Shown here: positions 18,636 through 28,537 of the stretch, piece by piece
Position numbering within the stretch: position 1 is the stretch's first letter
Layout of the letters: each line of letters opens with the position of its first letter
IMG/VR virus record: IMGVR_UViG_3300037461_001343
Span: 1 to 34,318 of that record
Direction: 5' to 3' (one strand)
Length of the DNA stretch: 34,318 nucleotides
DNA from: a virus
Lineage: Duplodnaviria; Caudoviricetes
The notes under the pieces: model-generated
Seen by the model: only the letters and a program-made list of their open reading frames with translations
Databases searched by the model: none
What the model was told of the DNA's origin: nothing
Program-made: the position numbers and the translations under genes

Positions 18636-20495
18636 ATGGCAAAGATCATAGATGGGACGCCAGTAGATGCGGCGACAACGAATCCGGCTTTCTTAGGGCG
18701 TCGGGACGATGATTTCACGATTGGAAAGTTGGGACTTCAAAACGCAGATAGTCCGAGTGGGACATCGATAACCAATGCCCAGCAGGAGCTCAACTCAACG
18801 AGCTCTTTTGTGGGCAAGGCGGTGAATCTTTCCGCCACTTTGCTGCCGACCTACACGAATAGTGAAGGCTTTGGAGTGAACGATCCACTTCGCACGCGCC
18901 TAGACACGGTGAGTGGGAAGTTTAGTTTGACCACGGGCCATGCGCACTCAGGGGTTTTGGGAGATGGAGTGCCGATTCAGAGCTCCTACATTATATCCGT
19001 GCCACTTTCTGGGAGCATGGTTCAGGGGACGAATCTGATTGGAGTCACAGGGGCTTCCACGGATGTATCAAGTTTGCTGGCTGGGTACACGGCTTCTACG
19101 GGTTCCGGTATCAAAGGAGTGGTCGTTAACTTTCCGTATAACAAGATCATTCTTCGAGATTTGAATGGGGATCTGATCGTGAATGGTACGGGAGACGAGA
19201 TCTATGGGCGGCTTGGATATAGCTCACCGACATGGACATTAAGCTACTGGTATTTAAATGGGGCCACGGAGACGAGCTATAGTTTTGCCATTGCGACTGA
19301 TGTTCAATGGTGGTTCCAGCATCTCTACAATCCGATTGTGGATAAACCGGTGTATTCGGACACTTTGTTCACGCCTAGTGATAATGCGACAGCAGATGTG
19401 GTGGATGCCACAGCGACTCAGCGAGGGGTCGTGAACACTGGCACTCAAACCTTTGGTGGAGATAAGACCTTCACGGGCACAATCGGGGCTGCGAATCTTT
19501 CAGGGACCAACACGGGGGATGTGACACTCACGAACGTGGGAGCAAGTCCCAGCGCAGATGGGGCCAGCCTATCGGGCCAGGCTCTCACTTTGCAACCCGC
19601 GGACGCAACTCATCCAGGGGTGATCACGGCAGGCACTCAGACAATCGGTGGAAACAAGACCTTCACGGGCACGATTGGGGCTTCGAATCTCTCCGGTACG
19701 AATACGGGGGATGTGACTTTGACGGCTGTAGGGGCCATCCCGAACGCCAATGCCGCAAGTCTATCGGGTCAGGCGCTGACCATCCAGCCAGCGGATGCCA
19801 CGAATCCTGGTGTATTTACTTCTGGGGCCCAGACATTAGGAGGCGCGAAGACTTTCAATGGAGACTTGATTGCCGCGGCGACGCTTCAGGCCCAGACCTA
19901 TTTGGACTCTGTGACGACGGGTACGGATGCGACAATCTCCACGGTGAATCAAAGTACGATCAAACTCACAAATGGCACACTGGTATCGGTGGCGATGATC
20001 AACCGCACGAGTGATGGGATGATCTTGAATCTGGTGAATGGCACAGGAGCGGCTTTGACGATCAAGAATGAAACCGGAGCCACGCCAGCCCAGCGGATCA
20101 CCACAGGGACGGGGAGCGATCTATCGATCAGTAACAACGGAGTGATTCAGCTTTTATATGATTCAGACGCTGGACGTTGGAAATGCCTTGGCACAAGCAC
20201 GGTCGGGGCTGTGACTTTGAAGGTGACTGGTTTATTCAATCCAACGACCTATTCAGTTACCAACGACGATGTGGTTTTAATTCGATCGCAACTTGTCACC
20301 TGTACGGTGAATCTTCCGAATCCGGCTGTGTTTACAAAGCAGATCGTGATTCGAAAAGCCAATGAGGCAAACTTTGGAGTTCAGATACTTCCTTTCGGTG
20401 GAGGCAATATAGATGGCATTGGAGAATATTTTCTGGTGGAGAAGCAGCAATCGGTTACTCTGGTCAGTGACACTTTTAATTGGTACATACTATGA
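18636..20495 (+). CDS. Tail fibre protein with internal 64-aa repeats
   Basis: Gly/Thr-rich with TQTxGGxKTF repeats and two C-terminal fibre modules (..VNLPNPA..IVIRK..NIDG..VSDTFNWYIL). Confidence 0.75.
   Translation: MAKIIDGTPVDAATTNPAFLGRRDDDFTIGKLGLQNADSPSGTSITNAQQELNSTSSFVGKAVNLSATLLPTYTNSEGFGVNDPLRTRLDTVSGKFSLTTGHAHSGVLGDGVPIQSSYIISVPLSGSMVQGTNLIGVTGASTDVSSLLAGYTASTGSGIKGVVVNFPYNKIILRDLNGDLIVNGTGDEIYGRLGYSSPTWTLSYWYLNGATETSYSFAIATDVQWWFQHLYNPIVDKPVYSDTLFTPSDNATADVVDATATQRGVVNTGTQTFGGDKTFTGTIGAANLSGTNTGDVTLTNVGASPSADGASLSGQALTLQPADATHPGVITAGTQTIGGNKTFTGTIGASNLSGTNTGDVTLTAVGAIPNANAASLSGQALTIQPADATNPGVFTSGAQTLGGAKTFNGDLIAAATLQAQTYLDSVTTGTDATISTVNQSTIKLTNGTLVSVAMINRTSDGMILNLVNGTGAALTIKNETGATPAQRITTGTGSDLSISNNGVIQLLYDSDAGRWKCLGTSTVGAVTLKVTGLFNPTTYSVTNDDVVLIRSQLVTCTVNLPNPAVFTKQIVIRKANEANFGVQILPFGGGNIDGIGEYFLVEKQQSVTLVSDTFNWYIL
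19407..19860 (+). repeat. Coding tandem repeat, 192-bp period (~2.3 units)
   Basis: GTQTFGGDKTF at 19440, GTQTIGGNKTF at 19632, GAQTLGGAKTF at 19824. Confidence 0.85.
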
Positions 20496-22342
20496 CATTA
20501 GTTCCTAAAAACACTCAGAGAAAAAACAGGATCTTTAACCCAGACACTCGTTTTGGTGCTTATCAGTTTGTGAGAGTACAAGCTCCCTATTCGAGTGGAA
20601 CTCCGACAACCTTTGCGACGAGTGCCGGGGCGGCAACCACGGGGCGTGGAACGAGTGCTGCCATCGGTGAGGGAGTTGATTTCTTTGTGTCCGTTCCTGT
20701 GGCGACCCCACAAGGGGATGGATGCGGGTTTGGTTCAGTCACAATCAATCCTAAAGAGCAGGGGACCATGTGCGAGTTTTCTTTCTTTTACAAGAAAGAG
20801 TCTGGCACGATGGATGGCTCTCAGACGTCCACGCATTCAATGGAGATTTGGATTCGGGATCAATCAAATGCGAGTTGGATTCAACCGATTGGATATCGCA
20901 ACATTGCCAACGTGACGGGCAACGTAAACAAGTGCCAGTGTTTCTTTCAGGTCCCCTACAACTGCACAACGCTCTATCTGTGCCTTTTAAATAACAACGC
21001 GGCGGCAGCCTATCAGCTGGGGATATCCGATTGCTATTTTGGCGTTGTTCAGACGGCTGAGAGCGGGTTTCCAGCGAGTGACTGGCAGGCTTACACACCA
21101 GTGCTGGAGTACGCTGGAAATGCCACGTCAAGCGCCTATTGGAGGCGGGTCGGGGATTCCATGGAGATCATGGGATCGATTATCTTTGGGAGCACATTGC
21201 CTACGGGCAACTATGCGGTAGAGTTGCCGCCTGGATATCTCATGGACACATCCAAACTAGTTCCTGGGAATCAAAACATAGGCATAGGGCATTTGTATGC
21301 GGGATCCGGGACCTATGTGGGTGGTACAACGATCTATGGATCTTTTCAATTTGGTTGGACGAGCGGTCCCGGCACCTGGTGGAATTCTACAAATCCGGCG
21401 ACGATTGCCGCTACCAATTCGGTCACATTCACGGCGAAGTTTCCGATTCAAGGCTGGTCCTCGAATCAGCAGATGGCTTCGCAATTAGGGAACACGCCAA
21501 GGCAGGTCAATGTGTATTCTGGCACACTGACGTCCATTCCGAGTGGATCCAGTAAGTATGGATTTAATACTATAATCAATGACGAGAGTGGGTGGTTTGA
21601 TATCCCCACAAACAGTGTCACGATAAAAGAGCCAGGATTTTATACGATTGATTGGTTCTTTGACGCGTATCAAACCACTGGATCTAATCAAACGATCAAT
21701 GCCACCACAACATTGAATACAAACCCGATTGCAAGATCTTCCGACGTGATCCCGACTGCTACTCAAAAGACGTGCAGAGTGTCTTCGTTGGAGCAGCTAA
21801 AACCTAACGATGTTCTAGAATTTTATTTAAATGCTAGTACGACATTCACCACAAGCACGTCACCATTTGCAAATCGGCTAATGGTGACAAAGATTCCAAA
21901 CCCTGCGACGACAATCCCAAGCCCAAATATTCTATCTGTGTATGGGAGTACGTCTGGAGTCTTGCTGCCGACTTCACCGACAAACTACAACTGGGAGGTG
22001 AAAGTCACGGATCTAACGGGTGCTGTGACCACAGGAGCTGGGTGGCAATTTGTGGCTCAGATTTCAGGTCCGTACAACTTTTCTTTCAATTTGGTCACGA
22101 ACTATTCCTCGACGATCAATGCGATTCATTTGGCCGTGAGGGTGAATTCAACTACCGTCGACTATGGTTATACAGCGCGCCTTGGGGCCTATTCGACTTT
22201 TGTGCAAACGAGATGTGCTGGGACGACGTGGATGAATGCGGGTGACACAATGATTTGCTGGGCTTGGCAGGACACTTCAGTAGATACAACATATCCTGAT
22301 ATAGGATTGAATCGAGCAATGATTGTTTATGTGGGGAGATAA
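20492..22342 (+). CDS. Tail fibre/receptor-binding protein with two C1q-like domains
   Basis: ATGA overlap at 20492. SDWQAYTP...WRRVGD module. PGFYTID...LKPNDVLEFY and SGPYNFS...MNAGDTM jelly-roll patterns. Confidence 0.7.
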   Translation: MTLVPKNTQRKNRIFNPDTRFGAYQFVRVQAPYSSGTPTTFATSAGAATTGRGTSAAIGEGVDFFVSVPVATPQGDGCGFGSVTINPKEQGTMCEFSFFYKKESGTMDGSQTSTHSMEIWIRDQSNASWIQPIGYRNIANVTGNVNKCQCFFQVPYNCTTLYLCLLNNNAAAAYQLGISDCYFGVVQTAESGFPASDWQAYTPVLEYAGNATSSAYWRRVGDSMEIMGSIIFGSTLPTGNYAVELPPGYLMDTSKLVPGNQNIGIGHLYAGSGTYVGGTTIYGSFQFGWTSGPGTWWNSTNPATIAATNSVTFTAKFPIQGWSSNQQMASQLGNTPRQVNVYSGTLTSIPSGSSKYGFNTIINDESGWFDIPTNSVTIKEPGFYTIDWFFDAYQTTGSNQTINATTTLNTNPIARSSDVIPTATQKTCRVSSLEQLKPNDVLEFYLNASTTFTTSTSPFANRLMVTKIPNPATTIPSPNILSVYGSTSGVLLPTSPTNYNWEVKVTDLTGAVTTGAGWQFVAQISGPYNFSFNLVTNYSSTINAIHLAVRVNSTTVDYGYTARLGAYSTFVQTRCAGTTWMNAGDTMICWAWQDTSVDTTYPDIGLNRAMIVYVGR

Positions 22343-22345
22343 CAA

Positions 22346-22909
22346 ATGATACAAGTCAGCGTTGAGAACATATTTGGAGCCATTTTCAAAGGCGCTTTTA
22401 AGACTCAAGATGAGGCTGATGCTTGGAGTGACCAGTGCATTGGGACCGGAGTCTGGGGCAAAAAAGCAGGTTGGTACAACGAGTCATTGCTAACGCAAAC
22501 GGAGAAGGATTCGAGCTTGGAGAGTCGAACGGAGCTTGAGGGGGTCCCTCTTGTAGAAAAGCAGTACCGGATATCGGACCAGTTTTCGGTGAGCAGTGTG
22601 ACTGTATCCGATGCGGATAAGGCCAAGCAGGAATTTGTCCAAAAGAAGCTAAAAGATATTCAATTCGGACGAACTCTGGTGAATGAACTCCAATGGATGA
22701 ATTCGCGAAAACTCAGCCAGGGTCAGCTGACATTGGCTCAAGTATTCGAAATGAAGATGCGTCTCAAAGATATTCAAGGCTACGCTTTGGACGGTGATAT
22801 CGCGATAGCTAAGGCACTAGTAGATTCTCTGGTGGTTGATACGCTGGTGACAGCTGAAATGAAGTCTTACTTTCAAAGCATGGTTAATACGTATTTACAA
22901 GGAGGTTAA
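22346..22909 (+). CDS. Hypothetical protein, possible fibre assembly chaperone
   Basis: 187 aa directly after the fibre gene. Confidence 0.45.
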   Translation: MIQVSVENIFGAIFKGAFKTQDEADAWSDQCIGTGVWGKKAGWYNESLLTQTEKDSSLESRTELEGVPLVEKQYRISDQFSVSSVTVSDADKAKQEFVQKKLKDIQFGRTLVNELQWMNSRKLSQGQLTLAQVFEMKMRLKDIQGYALDGDIAIAKALVDSLVVDTLVTAEMKSYFQSMVNTYLQGG

Positions 22910-22911
22910 GC

Positions 22912-23121
22912 ATGACCAAAACCACGGAGTGCATCTATGCAGAGTGGCTCAGGGATGAAATGTCAGAACTGAGGCAGGACTTAAAAGCGGTAGACGTGAA
23001 AGTTGATCGTCTTCTGGAATTTAAATGGAAAATGGTCGGTGCCGCTGTGATCATGACGGGGATCATGACGGCTGCGATTCAAATCATCTCGTCGTTACTA
23101 CAAAGAGGAGGCATATCATGA
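22912..23121 (+). CDS. Holin-like protein (coiled coil plus C-terminal TM)
   Basis: RBS AAGGAGG; WKMVGAAVIMTGIMTAAIQII hydrophobic helix. Confidence 0.55.
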   Translation: MTKTTECIYAEWLRDEMSELRQDLKAVDVKVDRLLEFKWKMVGAAVIMTGIMTAAIQIISSLLQRGGIS

Positions 23122-23339
23122 CAAAAGAGCAAATGCTGGAGATTCTCAAAGAATGCGTGGTTGTAAAAATAGATACTTCCATGCTGCTGCAGAAGTTAAT
23201 TCTGCCGGAGCTTGAGCACTTTGTACAAAAGACTTCGACCAATGTGGACGATATGATCTTGTCTGCATTAGTAAAGTACTTCAATTTGAAGTCTGATCAG
23301 GTCCCTGGAGTTAACGCACCAGCTTTGGAAGTGAAATAA
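23118..23339 (+). CDS. Small lysis-cassette protein
   Basis: ATG 23118 after GAGGAGG; FVQKTSTNVDDMIL motif reminiscent of small holin-associated proteins. Confidence 0.5.
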   Translation: MTKEQMLEILKECVVVKIDTSMLLQKLILPELEHFVQKTSTNVDDMILSALVKYFNLKSDQVPGVNAPALEVK

Positions 23340-23340
23340 T

Positions 23341-23559
23341 ATGAGCTGGGTTCAATCAATAGGGAAGTGGTTGATCGGAGTTATTTTGAATTTTGGATTG
23401 GGGAAGATCATTGGATGGATTTCTTCCCTACTCTTAAAATGGAAGAAGGATAAGACCAACCAAGAAAACCTGAAGACCTATGAAGAAGCACTAAAGTCTG
23501 GAGACAAAGATGCAATTGCGAAGGCTGCTGAGCGTTTGCTTAACGGTATGTCTAGTTAG
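23341..23559 (+). CDS. Putative i-spanin
   Basis: N-terminal hydrophobic helix then a charged helix; overlaps the lipoprotein gene. Confidence 0.5.
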   Translation: MSWVQSIGKWLIGVILNFGLGKIIGWISSLLLKWKKDKTNQENLKTYEEALKSGDKDAIAKAAERLLNGMSS

Positions 23560-23809
23560 CTGTACGAAATCGGACTTTCCAAAGATAGCTCCTCATGTGG
23601 TGATTTTTGATCCAAAGCACAATGTTCTGATGTGTGCTGAGTATGAGGTGGTTGGAACAGCTCCGGCGGTTAGCTTTCGATTCGTACGCTGGAAACTTCT
23701 AGAAGAGTGCAATGGTTTTTTTGCTCTGAGTCCTCAGGACATGATTCAGGTGAGAGATTGGTACAATGAAAACTATGCGAATCCTTATGGTGGAGAGCCC
23801 GGTCAATGA
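23510..23809 (+). CDS. Lipoprotein, putative o-spanin
   Basis: Signal peptide MQLRRLLSVCLTVCLVSC with lipobox LVSC; overlaps the upstream TM gene in another frame. Confidence 0.6.
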   Translation: MQLRRLLSVCLTVCLVSCTKSDFPKIAPHVVIFDPKHNVLMCAEYEVVGTAPAVSFRFVRWKLLEECNGFFALSPQDMIQVRDWYNENYANPYGGEPGQ

Positions 23810-26577
23810 CGATACCTGAGAACTTTTTTCTACAGAATCAAAACCAGACAAAGTTTCTCAATGTCGTATTAGAGATCGAAGATGTCCCCTACAAGTTTTC
23901 TTTGGTTACCACAAGCCGAAAGATCCGCTATGGAGATCCGGATTTGAACTATGGAGATCCTGGTATTGTCTATGGCGGGTACAAGGTTTTGCCAGACGTG
24001 AAGCCATATTTGCTGATTGACTCAGGACTGAGCCTTTCTCAAAAGATTGAGCCTGAACAAGGCAAGGGAAGTGTCTCAACACTTTCCATCTATCTCATAG
24101 ACTACAATCAGGAAGTATCCGCATTGATCAGCCCTGGAGTTGTAGTCGATGAGCTCTTAGGGAACAAGCAGGTCAAGATCTGGATTGGATACCAAAACAA
24201 TTCTTTCCCGGAAGACTATTTCGTAGTCTTTCGTGGATACATCACGGCAGTGAGTTCTCTTCCAGGGAGAGTGCAGTTTCAGTTTTCCGATGCCAATTTT
24301 AAAACCAAGCAGCAGGTTTTTTACAGTGGTCTTTCCAAAGTCCAGACTCTGACGTATCCCTTTGCTCCAGCAGATGTGAATACGGGAACGAGTCAGATCA
24401 CGATCACAGACGCCATTGTGTTTTTGGCTCCAAACCTGAGGGTGAACTTTTCCGGTACAGTAGGATCTACCTTGCCGGCCCCTTTGGCTCCCTCAACGGA
24501 CTATTTTCTTTTGAATCCAACGGCGGGTGCTTTTCAAGTCTCAAGCACAAGGGGCGGGAGTCTGATTCCGATTACTACAGTAGGCGTTGGCAACTTTACT
24601 ATGACCATTGCCGACTATGGGGATTTGGCCACGCACATTCCTTTGTATAAAACCGAGGGATTCATTGAGCCGATCCTGGGTCCGAATGGGGGATATGATC
24701 CGAGTTTCAAGACCTACATTGTGTCTGATACAGAGAGTATGGGCTACGGGGCGGGGGATATTCTAGTCGCTTCGACTCTTGGGACTCAGGTACCCTATGT
24801 GAATGTGACGCGGAGTGCGCGGGGCTCTCAGGCGGTTTATCCTGAAGCCGAGAGTGATATCACAAATGGTGTAGAGATCACGGGCAACATTATCGATTCT
24901 TCCCTAAAGATCTACTTGTCTGGTTGGAATGGAGTCTGGGTTCAGAATTGTCCGATCCATGCTTTTGTGGACACGGGAGATCCGTTGATTGGGCCTTTGC
25001 CCAATGCCATGGTCCTGCCGGACGGAGTGGATGCTGTGGAGCAATATGGACTGGCTATCGGTGACTACGTCTATGTGACGGGATCCGGTTTTAACAACGG
25101 GACCTACACGGTGACTGGGTTTTCATCCGCCAGGGGCTATGCGAACAATCTGGTTCTCTTGAGTGGGACCCTAGTAAACGAGACAAGCCTGAGTGGGACA
25201 GTGGGCCAGTTTTCCATACGCTCCCAGTATGACACGTTTCCGGCCCAGTGCGGGATGCAGCAGCGTCCCACAGATGTCGATGTGGCGCAGTTCCAGCTGG
25301 TGAAGACGCAGTTTGTTTCTTACGCGGATTGTACATTTCGGAACTGGATCACAGAGCCCCAGAGTGCGAAATCATTCATCGAATCGCAATACTATTTGCC
25401 TGCGGGTTTATATGGGATCACGCGGTTTGGAAGGATCTCGGTGACAGCAAATAAACCACCGATGTCCTCCGACAATCTGGTGGTGATCGATAACACCATG
25501 GTGATCAATCCGAACAACATGATTCTCACACGTCAGCTCAATGCTCGCAGGTTCTATAATGAGATCGACTATCGCTTTGATTATCTAGACGACAATACTT
25601 CGGAGACGAGTGTCGTTAAGATTCTAGATACGGATTCACTTCAGGCCTTTGATATCAACTCGGTGCTTCCGATCCAGGCCCAGGGTTTGCGCACGGACCT
25701 AGGAGCTTTAAGTTTTATCAATCGTCGCGGGAACTATATTCTGCGAAGATTCAGAAACATCGCCCACGAGATCCAATTGAGCGTGACCTGGGAGGTCGGA
25801 GCTCAGGTTCAGGTGGGTGATTGCGTGGCCTTAAATGACGACGGGTTTCTTCAGATTACTAATCTAGCCACAGGCGAAAGAAACCTGGGCCAGCAGCTCT
25901 TTGAAGTGATCGATTGGCAATTAAATATTTCAGCGGGAATGGCCACCTTAAAACTACTCACTTTCCCTGGTTATCAGATCACGGACCGATTCGCAGGGAT
26001 CGCACCATCTAGTCAAACGAGTGCCCTAGGATCCACTGCCACCCAGGTGAAGATCAAAAACTCCTATGGGGCTCTATTCCCCGGTCAGGAGTACTTGAAG
26101 TGGCAGGGATGCAATGGGCAGAAAATCCTAATCCATTCTCCGGACTGGACGAATCAGTATGAGACAGTTCTTTTGGGATTTTCCAGTGTAGATCCAAATA
26201 TAATGCTTTTGCAGAGCAGTCTGCCTTTTCCAGTACTAGATGACTATATCGTTGAGTGCGCAAGATATCCGGTTCCTGTGGAGGGAGACAATCAGAAGTT
26301 TAAAAATCTGTTTTGTTTTATCGATCCCACAGACACTGTGCTTTCGGGCCTTGGAGTGACCAGTTTTGTGTGCACTAATCCGAGTCTCTACACTCCGGGT
26401 CTTCCGGTGATTGTGAGGGACGCGAATTGGTCCTACCAAAGTCCCGAAGTAAATGTTTTGACTGTGAACGTGAGTGTGGTGGTTTTGGATGCGAGCCTTG
26501 GGTTTACGCCCTCCTCTGGAGATAAGGTGGAGCTCATTGGGTTTACAGATGGCCTCGGTCCTTATCGAATTTTATAG
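23806..26577 (+). CDS. Tail hub/central baseplate protein with inserted beta-domains
   Basis: 923 aa. Hub-like N-terminus (VKIWIGY...VFRGYIT) and QVGDCVAL OB-like motif. Inserted modules at FAPADVNT.. and YGLAIGDYVYVTG... Confidence 0.7.
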   Translation: MTIPENFFLQNQNQTKFLNVVLEIEDVPYKFSLVTTSRKIRYGDPDLNYGDPGIVYGGYKVLPDVKPYLLIDSGLSLSQKIEPEQGKGSVSTLSIYLIDYNQEVSALISPGVVVDELLGNKQVKIWIGYQNNSFPEDYFVVFRGYITAVSSLPGRVQFQFSDANFKTKQQVFYSGLSKVQTLTYPFAPADVNTGTSQITITDAIVFLAPNLRVNFSGTVGSTLPAPLAPSTDYFLLNPTAGAFQVSSTRGGSLIPITTVGVGNFTMTIADYGDLATHIPLYKTEGFIEPILGPNGGYDPSFKTYIVSDTESMGYGAGDILVASTLGTQVPYVNVTRSARGSQAVYPEAESDITNGVEITGNIIDSSLKIYLSGWNGVWVQNCPIHAFVDTGDPLIGPLPNAMVLPDGVDAVEQYGLAIGDYVYVTGSGFNNGTYTVTGFSSARGYANNLVLLSGTLVNETSLSGTVGQFSIRSQYDTFPAQCGMQQRPTDVDVAQFQLVKTQFVSYADCTFRNWITEPQSAKSFIESQYYLPAGLYGITRFGRISVTANKPPMSSDNLVVIDNTMVINPNNMILTRQLNARRFYNEIDYRFDYLDDNTSETSVVKILDTDSLQAFDINSVLPIQAQGLRTDLGALSFINRRGNYILRRFRNIAHEIQLSVTWEVGAQVQVGDCVALNDDGFLQITNLATGERNLGQQLFEVIDWQLNISAGMATLKLLTFPGYQITDRFAGIAPSSQTSALGSTATQVKIKNSYGALFPGQEYLKWQGCNGQKILIHSPDWTNQYETVLLGFSSVDPNIMLLQSSLPFPVLDDYIVECARYPVPVEGDNQKFKNLFCFIDPTDTVLSGLGVTSFVCTNPSLYTPGLPVIVRDANWSYQSPEVNVLTVNVSVVVLDASLGFTPSSGDKVELIGFTDGLGPYRIL

Positions 26578-26589
26578 GAGGATGTTTTT

Positions 26590-27435
26590 GTGTCAAATAT
26601 TCCAAGTGTATCGCAGAAGGTTCAGATTGAAGCCACTCAGACTCGCCAGGCGGTGAGTGAGGCTCTCATGCAGACGATGGGTGGGAGTATTAACTGGCTC
26701 ATTGACCAGGCGGCTCTCTTCGCTGGAAACAATTTAAAGAAGCAGGTGTTTACCTCAAGCACGACTTGGACAGTCCCTGCGGACGTCAATTTTGTTTATG
26801 TAGAGGGATGTGGGGGCGGTTCAGGTGGGAACTCTGCCTGGGGCGGGAACGGAGCTCCGAAGGTTTCGGCATGGCTCGATGTGATTCCCTCAAGCACAAT
26901 CACGGTGACAGTGGGTGCTGGAGGAGCGGGAGTTGCTGGTTACAGTACAGCCGCTGGGGATGGGACCAGTAGTTTCTTTGGTTTATTTCAATTTATCGGT
27001 GGGGGCTGGACAGGCTCAAATGGATATGGAGTTTTCTCCTACAAAAATCATATGCCATGCTGGTATTGGGGAGATGCAACGACCGGCAAAATCTTTGGGG
27101 CGACGCCATCGAAATCTTATCTGATGCCCATCCGATATGCTGGACCTTTTCCCGAATATATACCGGCAGCATGTAGTGGAGGTGGTTTTGCACATGAAAC
27201 TATCCCTTCCTATTTTCCGGCCCAAAATGGCTACGGATACTCTAGCGGCGCAAATCTAGGAGGCAATGGAGGTCTGGGCGGCGCGGGGCCTTATGGGGCT
27301 GGTGGAAATTCTAATGCAGGCGCTCCGGGCAACGGCACAGGATATGGCTCAGGCGGTGGCAGTGGCACTTCTCCCTTGGCTGGTGGAAATGGAGCTCCGG
27401 GTCTAGTTCAAGTCTTTTATTTCAGCGCCTATTGA
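26590..27435 (+). CDS. Glycine-rich tail tip/fibre protein
   Basis: RBS AGGAGG. VFTSSTTWTVPA...GCGGGSGG...VTVGAGG...GGNGAPGLV glycine-rich domain. Confidence 0.75.
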   Translation: MSNIPSVSQKVQIEATQTRQAVSEALMQTMGGSINWLIDQAALFAGNNLKKQVFTSSTTWTVPADVNFVYVEGCGGGSGGNSAWGGNGAPKVSAWLDVIPSSTITVTVGAGGAGVAGYSTAAGDGTSSFFGLFQFIGGGWTGSNGYGVFSYKNHMPCWYWGDATTGKIFGATPSKSYLMPIRYAGPFPEYIPAACSGGGFAHETIPSYFPAQNGYGYSSGANLGGNGGLGGAGPYGAGGNSNAGAPGNGTGYGSGGGSGTSPLAGGNGAPGLVQVFYFSAY

Positions 27436-27471
27436 CGGCTGTATCACTTTTCTGGTACTCGCTCTTACACT

Positions 27472-27777
27472 ATGTTTTGTGCTGATTTAACTTTGATTCA
27501 ATTCGGTCAGATCATTTTTGAAGGTGGAGTCCAGTGGAAAGAATCCTCTCAAATTGCGCGAGGTCATTGCAGTTTTGGTCATGATCGATTGTCCACCGAC
27601 AACGCGGTTTTTGATCTGATCTTCGATTTTTTACAAACCTATGACATTCGCAAAGTAGACTGGGGTTTCCCATATCCACGAAGTATAGGAAAGATTGAGT
27701 GCCGGATTCAGCAACGCTCACGTGAGAATTACGCTTTAGAACTTAGGGCTTTGGTGTATCGCACAGAAGAAACATGA
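27472..27777 (+). CDS. Hypothetical protein
   Basis: 101-aa ORF filling the gap; weak RBS. Confidence 0.45.
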   Translation: MFCADLTLIQFGQIIFEGGVQWKESSQIARGHCSFGHDRLSTDNAVFDLIFDFLQTYDIRKVDWGFPYPRSIGKIECRIQQRSRENYALELRALVYRTEET

Positions 27778-27810
27778 CGATTTTTACGGTGGAGCCTATT
27801 TTTTGCAGTT

Positions 27811-27850
27811 TTCATGAGAAAAAACCTTAATTCATGAGAAAAAATCTCAA
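27811..27850. repeat. 20-bp tandem repeat, possible operator
   Basis: TTCATGAGAAAAAACCTTAA / TTCATGAGAAAAAATCTCAA. Confidence 0.7.
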
Positions 27851-27871
27851 ACAAAAGAACGGAGTGGAGCA

Positions 27872-28537
27872 ATGGGGAAAATGCGGGGATTGATTTTTGT
27901 TTTGTTTATAGGACTTCTATGCGGGTTTGAGCGTCCAAGTTTTCAGCAATGGAAGCATGACATCAAGATGCACACGGAAAGAGTGCGGGACTATGGGCTG
28001 GAGATCTTTGAGGGACAGAAACAATACTTTCATTATTTGCAACTTTTGCCTAGGCAAATGTCCTGGCTATTGATCGATACGTACTTGAAGGAGCATGATC
28101 GTGTTAAGAGCATGACGGTATCTGAGTTGCAATCTCAGGGCTATGAGACAGATATGACTTTTGCCGCTCGTCTATACAAATATTATGGAAAGAATATTCG
28201 TCCGCCTTTTGTGGATGAGATGAATTTCATTGAGTGGCGAATGAAGACGCAGAAACTAGATGAGATATTGAAAAATGTTCCGGATCCCTACGCGGAGGGT
28301 TTTCGGAACGAGCTCTTTCTCCTAGAAGAAGTTGCTGACGTGATCGATGTGAAGAAGAATCGGCAGATTGAACTAGGGATCGAATCCAAGCCATATGATA
28401 CAGCCAATTTTTTTGAATCGGTGGGAAAGCCTATGCAGGCGAAGATTGCTAGATCTTGGGAAGAGGAGAGAGCTGTTTGGAGGGCAAAATTTGGATTTTC
28501 ACCAACGGAGCCACGATTGTGCAATCAATTCCCGTAA
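27872..28537 (+). CDS. Signal-peptide protein with HD-superfamily-like motifs
   Basis: Hydrophobic N-terminus RGLIFVLFIGLLCG; H...HD...D spacing in HTERV / EHDRVK / VADVID. Confidence 0.55.
   Translation: MGKMRGLIFVLFIGLLCGFERPSFQQWKHDIKMHTERVRDYGLEIFEGQKQYFHYLQLLPRQMSWLLIDTYLKEHDRVKSMTVSELQSQGYETDMTFAARLYKYYGKNIRPPFVDEMNFIEWRMKTQKLDEILKNVPDPYAEGFRNELFLLEEVADVIDVKKNRQIELGIESKPYDTANFFESVGKPMQAKIARSWEEERAVWRAKFGFSPTEPRLCNQFP

Noticed and set aside
18633-18638. In-frame TAG-ATG junction (and in-frame TAG at 26575-26577 before 26590) suggesting stop readthrough or TAG recoding
   Set aside because: Both downstream genes have their own RBS (GAGGT, AGGAGG), in-frame TAA junctions also occur, and conserved genes are intact under code 11.
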